Part shown: one piece after another, positions 61,969 to 64,000 of the stretch
Numbering within the stretch: the first letter of the stretch is position 1
Layout: every line of letters starts with the position of its first letter
DNA from: Eledone cirrhosa
Lineage: Eukaryota
Reading direction: 5' to 3'
Assembly (NCBI GenBank): GCA_964016885.1
Contig: OZ024743.1
Coordinates: 258,726,001-258,790,000, forward strand
DNA length: 64,000 nucleotides
Notes under the pieces: model-generated
Told to the model about the DNA's origin: nothing
The model's database searches: none
The model's input: the letters and a program-made list of their open reading frames with translations, nothing else
Made by a program: the position numbers and the translations under genes

Positions 61969-62295
61969 CAACTAGAAATTGATTAACATATGAATAAACA
62001 TATGAAACAATCACAGGGGATAATTTGTAAAAGTGTGTAAGCACACATAGCTAGGTAGGTAACTAAATAAAGTTTAACTAGAGCTTCAAAAATACATACG
62101 TTATAAAATGATTAATCTTCCTTGTATATATTCCCTTAAAGAAATATATTCACCAATTAATCGATTGTTTCATATGTTTATTTATATGTCAATCAATTTC
62201 TAGTTGATATAAAATGCTCGGATCTATTCATTAGAATCTTAGAGCATATTTTACGGGTGATATGGCGCATGTCTATCTGGCATGACACCCTTAAT
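61966..62295. mobile_element. Inverted-arm element (no HHR visible)
   Basis: 61966-62012 is inverted at 62163-62210. Confidence 0.5.
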
Positions 62296-62396
62296 TTAAT
62301 TTAATTTAATTTAATTTAATTTATCTTAATTTTGTATATATATATATATATACATATATATGTGTGTGTGTGTATGTATATGTATATACACATGTG

Positions 62397-62430
<34 letters not shown>

Positions 62431-62434
<4 letters not shown>

Positions 62435-62639
62435 AACGATCGATCGGACCGAGGGAACAAGGTTTCCGTTGGTCTTTCCAATTGCTAATACTATCTATCG
62501 GTCGCAACTCCAGGTAGAAGAAGCAATGTGAAATAAAGTGTCTTGCTCAAGCACATAACGCATCGCCTGGTCCAGGAATCGAACTCACAACCTTACGATT
62601 GCGAATCCAATTCTCTAACCACTCAGCCACACGCCTTCA
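62431..62639 (-). mobile_element. tRNA/CORE-head SINE (family of 22226-22445)
   Basis: Reverse-complement match. Confidence 0.8.
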
Positions 62640-62785
<146 letters not shown>

Positions 62786-62818
62786 GTATATATATATGTA
62801 TATATATATATGCATATA

Positions 62819-62855
<37 letters not shown>

Positions 62856-63048
62856 GTTATTCCGGGTTGAGTCGGAGGTAACCACAGTAAGTAAGGTACT
62901 CAATACATAGCAGAGTATAACAGTTTTAATATAGATGAGATTCTACAGGACTAGAACTGTTTCATTCATTAGAAATCATCAGGAATCCCAATCAGAGATT
63001 CCTGATGATTTCTAATGAATGAAACAGTTCTAGTCCTGTAGAATCTCA

Positions 63049-63051
<3 letters not shown>
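62856..63051. mobile_element. Family C minimal insertion: two HHRs head-to-head (62937-62987 -, 62995-63047 +)
   Basis: GAGATTC-CTGATGA-TTTCTAATGAAT-GAAACAG-TTCTAGTC-CTGT-A-GAATCTC. (TA)n flanks. Confidence 0.85.
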
Positions 63052-63093
<42 letters not shown>

Positions 63094-63148
63094 GTATATA
63101 TATATATGTATATATATATGTATATATATGTATATATATATGTATATA

Positions 63149-63225
<77 letters not shown>

Positions 63226-63231
<6 letters not shown>

Positions 63232-64000
63232 GGAAGATGGACATTGTTTGGTGTACCGAACTTGCATGCTACACTGTTCATCCAATTTTCATGAAACCTC
63301 ACACATATATAAAACTCAACGCGTAGAGTGGAATAGGCTACTTGAAATTTTCGAAAAATCGATAATCGGGCCCTATGACAGAATGTTTTTCGATTCCAAT
63401 GAAATTTTATGTGAATTCGAACACAAGAACTCTTAGTTTACATCTGGCGCAATAAAAATAAATTTCATATGCCCATATAAGGACGTGCGTTATTGATTGG
63501 ACGGCCAGCTGCATGTCTTCCCAGCTGTCTCAGTAAACGACCGACCATTAAAGAGTTTATCTTTTCATATTCCACCTTATTCAAGTGGAAATACAGTATT
63601 ATCCCTATCTGAAAAGGGAACCAAATTTAATGGTGTCTTTTGTGATGCTAAAAGCTGTGAGTAAATTTTCAAACAGTCTTAAATAATCATGCTTTTTGAA
63701 AAAAAAATTACTAAATAATACGTTGACCAAGTTGTATTGTTCACATACAAAGTTGTAAAAAATGTTACGTCGTACCAATGTTTTCCTTTTTTAAACAAAA
63801 GATTCTAAAAAATTACTTAATTTATAATACAGTCTTTTGCACAGGAAATGAGTAACTTTTCGGGTGTTTAAACGTAAGTTCACCAGGGTTTGTGTCTTCA
63901 TTATTAGCCCACCTCTAATGGCATTTTTTGTTCTGCTTACGACTAAATGTTATGAGCGTATTTGCAATTAATTGCGCACACGTGCACACCTGCATGCAGA
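63226..64000 (+). mobile_element. Possible non-autonomous Helitron 5' region
   Basis: TATATAAA..TGTTTG..CCAATTTTCATGAAAC..ATAGGCTAC resembles non-autonomous Helitron left ends; 3' end not in window. Confidence 0.35.

Overview
Repeat-saturated, AT-rich animal DNA full of (TA)n/(CA)n microsatellites. The tRNA/CORE SINEs and RTE LINEs with (TGA)n tails suggest an octopus or other cephalopod (inference). No host protein-coding exon could be supported, and most ORFs in the track are translated microsatellite. Real coding remnants are all transposons: Penelope-like elements (PLEs) of at least three lineages, two RTE LINEs with a PHD-type finger inside the RT, an RTE-X-like LINE with a 5' inversion, CR1, R4-like, Helitron, DD37D maT and Tigger/pogo fragments. 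The main signal is non-coding. More than ten sequence-unrelated families carry type I hammerhead ribozyme (HHR) folds, sit in (TA)n tracts, and recurrently consist of two head-to-head arms with 3' ends pointing outward, often with tandem units of 310-545 bp. The extreme case is a 5-kb array of 16 near-identical HHR-bearing 310-bp units with one central inversion (14007-18993). This looks like a diverse population of PLE-mobilised retrozymes inserted by twin-primed reverse transcription of circular or multimeric RNA. Several families also share a YTGAGTRCY box downstream of the ribozyme. All folds were read by eye; coordinates of decayed elements are approximate.
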